From: Octopus sinensis | Taxonomy: Eukaryota | Direction: 5' to 3' | Length of the DNA: 64,000 nucleotides | Assembly: GCF_006345805.1 (NCBI RefSeq) | Contig: NC_043006.1 | Location: forward strand, 55,304,001-55,368,000 | Shown: positions 1 through 12,403 of the stretch, one piece after another | Layout of the letters: each line of letters opens with the position of its first letter | Position numbering within the stretch: position 1 is the first letter of the stretch | Notes under the pieces: generated by a model | What the model was told of the DNA's origin: nothing | The model's input: the letters and a program-made list of their open reading frames with translations, nothing else | Databases searched by the model: none | Translations under genes and position numbers: made by a program

Positions 1-694
1 GCTGCCTCTGAAAAATTATGTTGTGCAGAGTAAAATAAGTATATTAACGGTACCTCAAAAATTACTGAAACAGTAGGAGAAAAAAAAAATAAAACAAATA
101 CCTTATTTTCCCTCACGCTGCGAATGTGAATTCAAGGAATAATTTAAATAAATCCATTATTTTTTAGAATTTATGTTTTTATATAAATTCGCTTGAAAAT
201 CATGAACCGCGTATCTATTAGGAAAAATTGGAAAATGATGACGTCATATCGACAGTCGTACATATATTTGTAATTACAAGATACACTAGAAATGTTTAAT
301 CGAAATTTCCAAACGAAATATAGAACAAAAGATATCAAATTTATTACCCCCCTTAAATTTTCTGTTGAAAAATTGTAAATTGAAATGACGTCATAACAGA
401 ATATTTTCAAATTCTACAAAATATTTTGTTGTGTCTGGGGAGAGTCATTTTCTTTTTGTGCCTTATAATGCAACACACTCATCGGTAAAATTTCCACTTA
501 TTTCTTATTTTTATTTTCCTAAAATTTTCGTTGCGTCTTGCAACCTTTTCAATAGTCAAGACTATTGAAAAGGTTGCAAATCTGAATTGAAATCACTCCT
601 CGTCACTCCAAGTCGCCTTTTCTGATTCGTAAGATACAGATATTCCAAAATCCTGTTTCTATCCACTGAAAACATTGTAAGCCAGTTCAATTTT

Positions 695-814
695 GGGCGA
701 CGGTAAAGAATACGCACACCATCTGTTTTCGGCGTTTAGGGTTAGAGTTACATTTAGGGTTAGGATTAGGGTTACGTCGAAAATGGGTGGTGTGCGTATT
801 CTTTACCTCCGCCC
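695..814. mobile_element. 120-bp MITE with ~37-bp imperfect TIRs and internal TTAGGG repeats
   Basis: Left end GGGCGACGGTAAAGAATACGCACACCATCTGTTTTCG matches the reverse complement of the right end (GGGCGGAGGTAAAGAATACGCACACCACCCATTTTCG). AATTTT is directly repeated on both flanks (689-694, 815-820). Confidence 0.75.
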
Positions 815-1334
815 AATTTTGAATTGAAACTCCATATTACGGCAAGGGTTGCCGCAAAATGTTGAGAATTTTCATATTTTTGACACTAGGTAGTATTAGA
901 AAAGTCTTCATTTGAATACTTTTTCAATTCAATGTATTGTATTTTGTATTCATGAGATGCTAACATTAGATTATTCTTTAGCTATTTTAAATTATTTTGC
1001 ACTTCATTATATACCTCTATAATACTGATACATATTTCATTAACCATCGAATGATGACAATCAAAGTCACAATATGTAGGTCGAGCATGTTTTTATGACT
1101 CTTTATAATAGAGAGAACCAGTGTGGTTAACGTAGGCATTGCTGAAGAATTTGAATTTGAACGTTAGATTGTGACTAATGGATGCTGTCGGTGTGTTTCA
1201 TCTAGCATATCTGTATAGTCATTATAGCAATTTGAGCCAGGAATTTTACAATACGCGTGTTTACAGTTAAATTTCTGAATCACATTGGTCATTAGTAGCT
1301 TGTTGGCCGGTTTGCATACTTTTGCTTTGTTATT

Positions 1335-1514
1335 GGTTTCAAATTTTGGTACTTTGCCAGCAATGTCAAGGGAAGGGGTAAGTCAATTATATCGACCTCG
1401 AAAGAATGAAAGTCAAAAATCAATCTCAGCGAAATTTGAACTCAGAATGTGAAGACGGACAAAGTGTTAAGCATTTTGCCCGGTGCCAAAATTATTCTGC
1501 CAACTCACCGTCTT
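1335..1514 (-). mobile_element. Degenerate tRNA-derived SINE (family 1, Meta-domain-like)
   Basis: Reverse-complement similarity to the better-preserved copy at 59513-59750. Confidence 0.65.
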
Positions 1515-1555
1515 CTTTCACTTCGTTATGAAAGAGATTTTGAGTTTTTATAGTA

Positions 1556-2123
1556 TTGGGTTGTCCGGAAAGTTCGTGCCGATTTATAGTAGCTTATCTT
1601 TCGATTTATTTTAGAACATGGTTGAGTCCATAAAATAGGATTTGACTACATCTCCATTTAGAACACAGTTTAAGCTATCTTTTCATGGAAGAAGTTTTAT
1701 GTTCCTATAACCTGTGTTAATTTTGTAACCCTTTAAAATGGAAGATAAGAAACTTCATTTTCGGCACTTGATGCTTTGGGAACCAGACAAAAATTGCTGC
1801 AGCTCAGCTGGGATGAGTTACCTCACCCTCCATATTCACCAGATATTGCTCTTTCGGATTTCCACTTATTCAAGTCTCTGCAGAATAGTCTTAATGGTAA
1901 AAATTTCAATTCCTTGGATGACTTAAAATGATACCTTGATGAATTCTTTGTCATGAAACCACCTCAATTCTGGGTTGAGGGTCTTTTCAAGTTAAAGGAA
2001 AGATGGAGACGTATTGTGCAACGAAATCGTTCATATTTGGTTGATTAAAAATGTAATGGCCAAGTATTTATTGACCTTTTTTCTTTCCTTTAAAAATCGG
2101 CACGAACTTTCCGGACAACCCAA
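1556..2123 (+). mobile_element. Internally deleted mariner (non-autonomous, 568 bp)
   Basis: Perfect ~30-bp TIRs (TTGGGTTGTCCGGAAAGTTCGTGCCGATTT) with TA TSDs at 1554-55 and 2124-25. Transposase N-terminus (MEDKKLHFRHLMLWE) is fused to the YSPDIA-SDFHLFKSLQN C-terminal motif. Confidence 0.92.
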
Positions 2124-2544
2124 TATAATATATCTTAGTTTAAATGCAGCGTCGTTAGAGAGTTGGGATAAAAAGCTTGACCATATTTCTTCCGGTTCTC
2201 TGTGCGCTGTGTGTTCAAATCCCATTGAGATCATTTTTGCCTTTTATCCTTTCGAGATCATTGAAGACATTACCATTATTCAATGTTGCGGCGGCCCTCT
2301 TCTTTCCATCAAATTCTCACATCCTTGATGTTCCACTAGGATGTGCTCGCAACTACATAGGTATCTAAAACATATATAAGCAAAAGCATGTATATGCTAC
2401 CATGTACGATTTCGAGTTACAACCATAGTTTTGTCTTTGTATTGTATATTGCTTGGTGTTATATTTTATAAGATCTTTTGATAAAGTGATCATAAACATT
2501 TTAGTTATCATTCATTTGATTAATATGCCCTTTATGTGTGGTCT

Positions 2545-2720
2545 ATGTATTTTTAATGAATGTTGAACCAGACATATTTGTAGTGTTGTATTGGCATTCG
2601 CATTTTTCTAACTTGTTGACAGACTTGTTGATTTACGTCTGTTATATAATGTAGATTTCTATATTTGGAGGAAGAAACTCTAAATGTTCTTCTAAGTAGG
2701 AATCGCATCAAGATATAGCA
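2545..2720 (-). mobile_element. Penelope-like RT thumb remnant
   Basis: Minus-strand fragments resemble the FL..HFPP..R...FN..N.KV.YS segment seen in the other PLE remnants here. Confidence 0.35.
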
Positions 2721-2861
2721 AAACATGCCCACATTTCTCCAGCCTGAAGAGGAGATCATAAATGTATAGAAACGTCGATGACAGATGCAGGAACACTATT
2801 TTTTCAAACAAAATCCAAGGAATTCATGCGTTAATATTAAAACAGTTTTATTGGAAAGAGA

Positions 2862-2890
2862 CAACTAAAACTCAGATATATTTTCAGCAG

Positions 2891-2954
<64 letters not shown>

Positions 2955-3006
2955 TGTCAACTAAAACTCAGATATATTTTCAACAGTCTTTCTTTCTTTC
3001 TTTGTC
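2862..3006 (+). repeat. Two-copy tandem unit with embedded (CTTT)n of different lengths
   Basis: CAACTAAAACTCAGATATATTTT(T)CA[G/A]CAGT followed by (CTTT)n and TTTGT, starting at 2862 and at 2958. Confidence 0.85.
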
Positions 3007-3164
3007 TATACATATTTAAGTGCACGTGTTTGTTTCTATACATGCGTGTGTATATGTATGTGTATAAGAATATATATATATATATATATATGTAAATATA
3101 TATATGCTTATATGTGAAATATGTGTTTTTGTGATCACGTGTAAGCTGTAGTCTGCGATTTTGT

Positions 3165-3896
3165 CATGGGCAGGAACAAAGAGCCAATGTGAAATTTTGC
3201 GTCAAACTTAGGAAGTCTGCTACAGAGATATTAAGCATGCTTCAAGCTTACGGCAACGAGGCAATGGATCGTACGCAATGTTTCGGGTGGCACGGGCGCT
3301 TCAAAAACGGAAGACCGTCTCTGGGAGACGATGAGCGATCTAAAAGACCTCCTACGAGCGTCACTGTCGGAAATGTGGTATTGTGCATCGAAAATTCGTC
3401 CTTCAGGGCCAGATCTTCAATCGAAAGTCCTACTGCGAAGTTTTGAAGTTTTGAAGTTTTAAGGGAGGACATTCGGTGAAAGCGGCAAGATCTGAGGAGC
3501 GCAAAGAATTGGATCCTTCAAAGCGACAATGTACCCTGTCATCGACGTCTCCTCACTCGTGAGTTTCTCGCCCAAAACAACATGATATCGCTTCCACACC
3601 CACCCTGTTCGCCAGATTTAGCCTCTGCATAATTCTATCTCTTCCTCAAGATGAAAAGCAGCTCAAAGGTCGCTGTTTTAACACCGTTGTCGAAATCCAG
3701 AACAAATCGAAGAAAGTCCTCGACTTGTTTACGGCAAACAACTTCCTGGCCGGATTCCGAAAGTGTTAGGAATGTTGGGACCGGTGTATCGCTATGCAAG
3801 GTAACTATTTTGAAGGAGATGATGTTAAAGCTTAGATAACTAACTTATTTTTTTTTATTAAAAATATCTAGTCTAGAACTTTTTCATACCACCTCG
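3165..3896 (+). mobile_element. Mariner transposase pseudogene with right TIR
   Basis: EQRANVKFCVKL.KSATE...WHGRFKNGRPSLGDDERS helix-turn-helix, LHQSDN/PCSPDLAS motifs, and a right end CTAGAACTTTTTCATACCACCTCG followed by TA. Confidence 0.8.
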
Positions 3897-4124
3897 TAGT
3901 CTCCACTACAAGCGATGAATTTGCGCCATCGTTAAATCCAACTCTCGAATCCTCTTTGAAAATATTCAGGTATGCATTGTTGTCCCACTCTTCATCACAA
4001 CCATTTTCACCTCGTCTGTGTCATCAAATCTTTGTCTGCCAAACTATCCTTCATAGGATCTGGGTTATACAATTATTTTTTTAAAGCTTAGTACTTATTC
4101 CAATGGTTCCTTTTTCCGAACTGC

Positions 4125-4347
4125 AAGCGGTGATGGAGAGACAAACACAGACACAAAGAAACCCCTCAACCATACACATATACGACGGGATTCTTTACAG
4201 TTTCCGCCTACCAAATCCACTCATAGGCTTTGGTTGGCCCAAGAATATAGTAGAAGACACTCCCTCAAGGTGCCATGCAGTGGGACTGAACCCAGAACCA
4301 TGCGATTGGAAAACACGTTTCTTACTGAACATCCACGCCTGCGCCTG
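4125..4347 (-). mobile_element. tRNA-derived SINE (family 2), 5' half
   Basis: Reverse complement of the AGGCGCAGGAGTGGCTGTGTGGTAAG...GGTTCAGTCCCAC head, as in the copy at 42273. Confidence 0.75.
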
Positions 4348-4479
4348 TAGATCATTTTTGGATTCTTGCTCAGTTTTTTCCTCTAAGGGATTTTCTAAGA
4401 ATATTGAATGTTTCAATGTATCACACACTGTTCTCAGTACCGTTAGGCTCCATAAACATCAAGGAGAATGACAACTTGG

Positions 4480-5135
4480 TCATTCTCCCAAACAGTCACC
4501 ATAGCTTTTTTGTGTTAACCGCTGACTCTTGAACTTCTTATGCCATGGACTTAGCCTTTGTTTCTGAATCATTACACTACAGTCACATTTCATATCCTGT
4601 ATCATATCGAAAAATAAAAACTAGTTTTCATTGGCTTCAGCAGCTTTTAGAAGATCAGAGTGGACTTTCGCCATTTTCTCCTTCAAATCGGGTGTCAACT
4701 GCCGAATCATCCACTTTATACACACTTTCCGACACTCAAAGCTTTCCACCATCTTTTGAGCAGCAAGCACACAGACTGTAACTACTCTGTTTGCATAAAT
4801 CAATTCTCTCACTCGCTGGCGATTCGTATCAGCAGTCAAAATCTTTCTTTCATGCTGGTTTCCTGTTTTTAGAAATTCTTCACCCACATGTGCATAACGC
4901 TCTTATCAATGGTGCCATCTCTATAAACAATCGGTAGCCTTCTGCAGATGTCAGACAGCTTGCACCACACCTTTGTTCAAGAACTCAACGAATTTACGTT
5001 GCTTCTGTTCGGAACCCACTATTTGCCTTCGATTAAGAACAATAAAAAGTGTTACTATAGAGAAAAAGTTAATCTACCAACACGTGCCGTTTGAACGACG
5101 TATGTCAGTTAAACAAAAGTTATGCTCACTATCAT
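4480..5135 (-). mobile_element. Mariner remnant
   Basis: KVCIKWMIRQLTPD (WVPR motif) followed by a decayed catalytic-domain start on the minus strand. Confidence 0.55.
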
Positions 5136-5254
5136 CTACGCACACACACACACACACACATACACACGCACGCACATACACACACGTATACAGATATACA
5201 TATACACACAAACATATGAATATGAAGTTCATAGGTTGAACAAGATACTCTCAT

Positions 5255-5990
5255 GGAATGTAACCAAGTAAGGTTTATTTTTCAATATAGTCCCGCCTTG
5301 CGGTCCATATACTTCATCTGTCTGTGCTGCAGCGCTTGGATCCCATTGGTGAAGTTTTCATCCTCTTGGTCAAAAACGTCAACAGAAGATGTTATCATCA
5401 ATGCCATATTAGTTCTCAGCCAAGTGTTCTTTTTCCTTTTGAGAAATAGATCGTAGTTAGACGGGGCCAGATCAGGAGAATAGGGACGATGTTCAACAAG
5501 TTCAAAGCCACAGTCACGCACAGCAGCCATTGAAATCAAGGACTTGTGTGCTGAAGCACTATCCTGATGAAACACGTCCACTCTTTTCAGTTTCCCTGGG
5601 CGTTTGGTCCTGATAGCCTTTTGTAACTGCCTCAGCAAGTCGGCATATTACTCTCCATTGACGGTGTGGCCCTTTTTAAGTCAATAAACACAATGTCTTT
5701 TGTATATATAAAAAAAAGCTGAGGCTATCACCTTCCCTGCAGATGAAACGAGCACGACCTTCCGTGGAGTAGTTGAGAACGGATGTTTCTCTTTGTCTCT
5801 GGATCAAAGTATTGAATCTAACAATCATACTCGATTAGGAAATGTTTAAAGAAACCAGCTTGATCTGCCTGAAACGATGTCAGATTTTCTTTTGATGTGA
5901 GCAACCTGGTGCGCTTTTGATCAGGTGTCAGAAGGCGTGGCACACACTGAGCAGAATCCTTCGTCATACCAAGGTCATTGTGCTGAATAT
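5255..5990 (-). mobile_element. Mariner remnant (catalytic C-terminal half)
   Basis: ORF 5282-5638 contains FHQDSASAHKS and HRPYSPDLAPSNYDLF. An upstream KVSARLLTSKE-like segment lies near 5890-5920. Confidence 0.8.
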
Positions 5991-6049
5991 TCTCAACTCT
6001 CTTACGGAATATTCTAATGGAATTGACTATTTGATTTATAGTATATATT

Positions 6050-6262
6050 TTTTTACTGCCAATAGAGGGCTAAGCATAGGGGGGACAAACAAGGGGATTA
6101 AGTCGATTACATCGAACCCAGAGATTAACTGGTACTTATTTAATCGACCCCAAAAGAATGAAGTCGACCTCGGCGGAATTTGAACTCAGAACGTAATGGC
6201 AGATGAAATACTGCTAGGCATTTCGCCCAGCGTGCTAACGTTTCTGCCAGCTCGCCGCCTTT
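6050..6262 (-). mobile_element. tRNA-derived SINE (family 1)
   Basis: Reverse complement of the AAGGCGGCGAGCTGGCAGAAACGTTAGCACGC...GAGTTCAAATTCC head with B-box. Confidence 0.85.
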
Positions 6263-6648
6263 GATTTATAGTATATCGCCTGTCATCCACCAGCATGTGG
6301 AGAATAATGAATGTTTTCCTCGTTGGTAGCATCTGCAGTTTTGTCCGTTTTCAAGAGAAGTCGTTACTAATTACTTTTGGAGTCTTTGGCCGTTGAGATG
6401 TGAGTTTACCTGTAAAGAAACAATGCAGCTATTAATTTAATAAATAGAGTTGAGAGTAATGTATACAATATTTCGCAGCTCTTGCATCACTCGTTCACAG
6501 TCAGCCTATGAACTTTTCAGTCTATCCTCGTACATAACCTAGAACTTATTCTATCGATCTCTTTTGCCGAACTGGTAAGTTACGGGGAAAACAAAAAACA
6601 ATTTTCAAGTGGTGGACGGGGACAAACACAAACATAAAGACACGTATA

Positions 6649-6742
<94 letters not shown>

Positions 6743-6787
6743 GTCTGTCTAACTGTCTGTCTGTCTGTCTATCTGTCTGTCTGTCTA

Positions 6788-6871
<84 letters not shown>

Positions 6872-6945
6872 ACTATCTATCTATCTATCTATCTACACCT
6901 ACCCACCTACCTACCTACCTACATACCTACCTACCTACCTACCTT
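6649..6945 (+). repeat. Compound tetranucleotide microsatellite (ATCT)n/(CTGT)n/(CTAC)n
   Basis: Directly visible in the sequence. Confidence 0.95.
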
Positions 6946-6988
6946 TATGTATACATATATTCATACATACATATAATATATATACATA

Positions 6989-7946
6989 CATAGCAGATGC
7001 AGAAAATTTCGAACGCAGTAAAGCTGTAAGAACAGCAGACTGCATTCGAAATTTTCTTTCTTATCTGCAAAATACCGAGCGCATTAGACGCTTCCAAGGT
7101 TTGCTTATATATATACTCGGCGTTACTCAGGATTTAAATGGCAAAGTTTGTACATATGGTACAGTTAAGTTGAATCATGTGATACGGGAAGTGCAGCATT
7201 GACGATAAAACACTACCAAGCTGAACGATCAGCAGCTATAGAAACTACATCTATTTAATAAATTAAGCCTGTGGGTGCGCTCAACGGCACTGCATGAGAG
7301 AAATCTACATGAAAGAAATGACAGGGTAAGGGAGAGGGGATTGGCTGAAGCTGTTAATGCAGCATTCCTGGCCAGGCGAATACTACACTGCTCATCGTTT
7401 TCCGTTGCTCTTGCAGCAGCTGTATATGCAGAATTTTGTGATTGTAGAATTGAAGGTGACGACTCATTTGCTCTCCTTTTTAATTTCTCTGCTACCGCCC
7501 GTTTTCGACCAGCGGAGGATCTCTTCTTTGGAGACATTACGTCAAGAAAGGTGACGTAATAAACTAAGATGACAATGAAATGTCAATAAAGAAAGGTAAA
7601 TAATATCAATATCATAGAAAATTTTAAGAAAAGTTACTTTGCAAAGTTACCTCCCCACACCACAGTAGAAAATGGGGTTTTCTGGCCCCAGAGGCCCCAT
7701 TACTCATTATGTGAAAAATGTTAAGAGTCTAAAACCATCTGTGGAACGTAATGTGTACTCCCAGTTTGAAGAAAATCAGTTGCGAACTTCAGAAGTTATG
7801 CGGGTTTACACACACACATACACACAAACACACACGCGCGCGCGCGCACACACACACACACACCACACACACACACAAACACCCATACACAACTACCCCT
7901 CATCAACACCCCACACCGACACATACAGAGTTATATGTTTGTATGC

Positions 7947-7977
<31 letters not shown>

Positions 7978-8045
7978 TAAATATGTATGCATGTATGTAT
8001 ATATGTGTGTATGTATGTATGTATGTATGTATGTATGTATGTATG

Positions 8046-8093
<48 letters not shown>
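6989..8093 (-). mobile_element. Non-autonomous Helitron with residual Rep/Hel N-terminus
   Basis: On the minus strand: A|TC 5' start at 8093, microsatellite-rich 5' region, ORF 7229-7537 (MSPKKRSSAGRKRAVAEKLKRRANES...) resembling the Arg-rich Helitron N-terminus, a 19-bp-arm hairpin at 7001-7057, and a near-CTAG|T end at ~6989. Confidence 0.6.
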
Positions 8094-8097
<4 letters not shown>

Positions 8098-8149
8098 TAA
8101 GTAATCAGTATATGATTTAACTTATTAAACATAATTCAACAAATACATT

Positions 8150-9350
8150 CCTATTTAGGTGAAGGAGGAGATTAGATGTTAAAATGGATTATAGTTTTTA
8201 TTATTCATGCTACTATACAATTTGTTTCATACAAAAAGACGTTAGAAGTACATAGATTTTTTATTAGTAATTATATTGTAATTATGTGTTCGTTCTTGAA
8301 GTCGTGCCTATCTTAAACAAGACTAAAAATATATAATTAGGTGCTAATATATGTAATATTACAAAAGTGACATTCTCTCTATGACTTTCTGTATGTGTGT
8401 CTATTTAAAACTTCGAAAATGCATCGTATTAACTAGTCAGGCTGTATGTGTGTTTACGATGAAAAATCCAAATAAGGAAGTGAAAGAATTTTCGAATACA
8501 AAATTTAGTCTTTACTTAACCGTCAATTATTTTTCGGCTTAAGAAATTATTTGAAAAAAAATCTTAAATAGTAATCGATAATAATTTCAGGTTTATAAAA
8601 TTAATAACTCAAGTATTTATTGTAAATAATAGGTATAATATTCATAGACAAAAGTAAGTGCTATATGTTGTAATTCATTATCCACTCACAGTATTGGAAT
8701 GTTTTAAAGGAAATTTAGGAGTAGATACTATACGAGTAATAGAATTCGAAATAAAGAGGATCTTATTTATGTTATCAACTATTAATTTATATAATCGACT
8801 ATAGTACAGTATAAAGAAGAAGGTTTTTTGATAGTTAATATCGAAAAATTGTTTGTATTATTGCTGAGTAAGTTACCATAAGGAAAAAAGACAGGGCTAA
8901 ATGATAATCCGCCACACAATATCATAGGCACAAATAATCTTACTAATCTATGTGGTTGCAGAGATAAAAATACTTGTGAATTCTCGAATAAAAGAATGTA
9001 ATCTACCAATGTGATGTATTCTCTAATAATTACAAGAATACTTATATAGGAGCAATTAAAAATGAAATGAAACTTAGATATAATCACCATCTCTCAAGTT
9101 TCAGAAATAGAAATAAGGTTAACTCTACTGGACTAAGCAGTTACATCTCGGAACTTAAAATATTAACATTAATTATAGATTAGAATGGCGTATCGTAGCC
9201 AAAATATCTTCATGTAACCTTAAAAAATAATCGCTGTAATTTATGCGTTAATGAGAAATTCTTTATTTCAACGGCCAAATCAGAATTACTTAATAAATGA
9301 GATGAGAAATATTAACATGCTTACATAAAGATAAATTCTTATTCTCTTAA
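8150..9350 (+). mobile_element. Decayed Penelope-like element (GIY-YIG region)
   Basis: Translation at 8945-9330 gives LCGCRDKNTC...NVMY...TYIGAIKNEMKLRYNHHLSSFRNRNKVNSTGLSSYI...RCNLCVNEKFFI, with stops and frameshifts. Confidence 0.8.
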
Positions 9351-10325
9351 TACTGCTAATACCTACATTACAGGTTATTAGCTGACCTGTCTAGCATCTA
9401 ATTACCTCCCCTTGACCCTCCTCTTTACCACAGAGCATGATTTAATATCATAAATTACAATTATATTAAATTACTCCGACTAATTGAATTATTTATCTTA
9501 AATGCACTATGTACATTCGGAGCTATAATTATCTTTAATATATTCACATTAAAGTTCGATTACCGACTAACATGCTAATAAGAACAATTAAACAAGCGAT
9601 TTAGCCTATTCTAGCCGAGTTGATTGGTTTTAATTATATTAACGAGTAGTTAGCCAGCGCCGCACATAACAACATTTTATTTATTTGTTATACCTTTTTA
9701 CGTAACTCATACCGTTTATACCGTTTATACCGTTTATACTGTTTATCGCACTTACACTTTTAAGAGCATTCTAAATTTTAACAAGGGCATTTGTAATCAT
9801 AGGGACTTATCTAGTGGACTCAAATAGCGTTATTTATTACAATTAATGACACCAGATATTACTACCAGGTATAACTCTTTCGACTAACACTGCCGGTCAA
9901 CTATTCCTTTTTCCCACTTACTGTTTCATTCATCTAATTGAAGAAATGTACACACATGCAACCTTTAAATGACACAAAAATGTAAGCCTAAAGACTTAAC
10001 GAACATTTTTCCTTTTTTCCTTTTTCTTTTCCTTTTCCATTTTCCATGTCCGAATATTCTAATGTGCAAATATAGGCAGATACACTATATACTGACAGTG
10101 GAAGGGCACAGTCTACGTAGACAAATATATACATGTATGTATGTATGTATGTATATATATACACATTTATACACACATACACACACACACATATATATAC
10201 ATATATATGCATATAAACAGATACGCATATAAAAATACATACATACATATACATACACAAGCATATACGTATACATTCACATGCATACAACAGTACATTC
10301 AAACATGGTATACAGTCACACACAA

Positions 10326-10358
<33 letters not shown>

Positions 10359-10380
10359 CATATATGATTTAATATATGTG

Positions 10381-10486
<106 letters not shown>

Positions 10487-10489
10487 GAT

Positions 10490-11729
10490 GTATATATAAA
10501 AGAAGTTTATACATCAAATTTAGGAATAAATCATACAAATTATACGCCTTCGCATATAGGCATATAAATATCTAGAATCCACGATCGGGTGTTGAGTTCG
10601 ACTGGTTGTTCTTTCAGAAAAAATGTACATACACACCGTGACAATTGAGTCTAATCTTATACGTGAGACTATGTTTTTCATGTATTTATTTCATATATTT
10701 GAGAGAATATCTATAAGAATCTAATAAAGATATTCTAATGTAACATTTTAAAAAATGAATTGAAGATTTAAGTGTGATATTAAATAATATTATATCACTT
10801 TAGTTTAATAAAGGTGCATTTTGTCATATGTTTACATGAAAAAAACTTTTTCATCCCTCATATCAACTAGATTTCCTTTCCTATTCAATATTTTATAGGT
10901 TTCTTCTTGACAGAATCTTCAGAATTTATTGTTAATTTTGTAAGAAGTTGCATGTGTTAAAAGTTTCCATTTAATTATGAAGTTAACGTAGTTTCTTTTG
11001 AGGTGCCAAATTTTTTTGAGAGTTCAGTACTGTTCATTTTGTTTGGTCCCTGTATGTCGATTCGTGATTCGCTATTCGTAATTTGATCCACATTTGTGTC
11101 GATCTGATATAATAGTATTTTGAAGAATCATGTTTTATAATTGTTGCTTGATATACTACATTTTTCTTTTACAGTCTCTGCCTTACTTACATGTGTTAGG
11201 GTTTCTACAATTACAATCATTATATTAGGTAATGGGGGTATTATTGTTATTCTTTGTTGATTTATATGAGTTATAGTTAGTAGGGGTATTTATATTGTTA
11301 TTTGTACCATTATGTGTTACTTCTTTATTTTTATGTGCTTTTGTGTCTTTTATATTTTCATAGAATAGATCTAGTTTTCTGTTATTAAAGGAAGATATTA
11401 TCTTAAGAAGGTGGGGAGAAACTGAAAATCTGAATCTGTTATCTTTATTATTAAATATATTTGCATATCTAGTGTTTTTCTAAAGATATTATTAATAATC
11501 TTTTTAACAGATTTAATAAAATTTGTCTTTAATTGTTTAGCGAAAGGTATTATTATCCATGTGGTTTTATTTGGGTCTACCTTACTTGAGCAAAGTGTGT
11601 GTACCTATATTTTTATGAGGGTACGTCCAAGTGAACTAAACATCCGATCGTGGATTCTTGATATGTATGTCTATATGTGAAGACGTATAATTTGTATGAT
11701 TTGTTCCTAACTTTGATGTGTATATTTCT

Positions 11730-11735
<6 letters not shown>
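10490..11735 (-). mobile_element. Decayed Penelope-like element flanked by ~120-bp inverted repeats
   Basis: GIY-YIG remnant (YYI...RIANHESTYRDQTKMNSTELSKKIWHLK) at ~10970-11130. Segment 10490-10610 is the reverse complement of ~11625-11735. Confidence 0.7.
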
Positions 11736-11807
<72 letters not shown>

Positions 11808-12114
11808 TGTGTGTGTGTGTGTGTGTGTATGTGTGTATATATATTTATATCTATATATATGTTTATGTGCATATATGTAAGTAAGTATGCATATATTTAT
11901 GTGTGTATGAGTATGTATGTATATGTATGTATATGTGTTTGTGAGTATGTATATCTATATGTGTGTGTATGTATATATATATATATATATATACGAAAGA
12001 AGGTTTGAAAATGCAATTTAAAAGATGTTTATTTACTTAACCGGTTTCACTCGTTGGAAAAAGATTGTCAAAAGTAACATAGAATATTATGAATTCAAAA
12101 AAGTTTTTTACATA

Positions 12115-12403
12115 ATTGCCACATTACATGTATATATACAGTCTTTGGTAACAGGGACATGTTAAGGACATAAAGAAGTACAACAGTGTGACGAGAATAT
12201 TTCAAAAAATGGGCAGAAAAGAATAAAACAAATATATTATTGGAAGTTTGGTTGCGTTAATTATTGGTTGTTGCAAATTGCCACATTACATGTATATAAA
12301 CAGTCTTTGGTAACAAGGACATGTTAAGGACACAAGAAAGTACAACAGTATGATGAGAATATTTGAAAAAATGGGCAGAAAAGATTAAAACAAATATATT
12401 ATA
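12115..12403 (+). repeat. ~127-bp direct repeat, two copies with a short spacer
   Basis: ATTGCCACATTACATGTATATA.ACAGTCTTTGGTAAC...AAAACAAATATATTAT at 12115 and 12277. Confidence 0.9.

Noticed and set aside
2744-2782. Degenerate hammerhead-like words (also ~12040-12075 minus and ~42768-42875)
   Set aside because: Stem II or stem III cannot be closed, or the core is mutated. Too decayed to call.
8100-9950. AT-rich block resembling a mitochondrial insertion (NUMT)
   Set aside because: Translation gives a Penelope GIY-YIG domain. No mitochondrial gene or tRNA motif was found.
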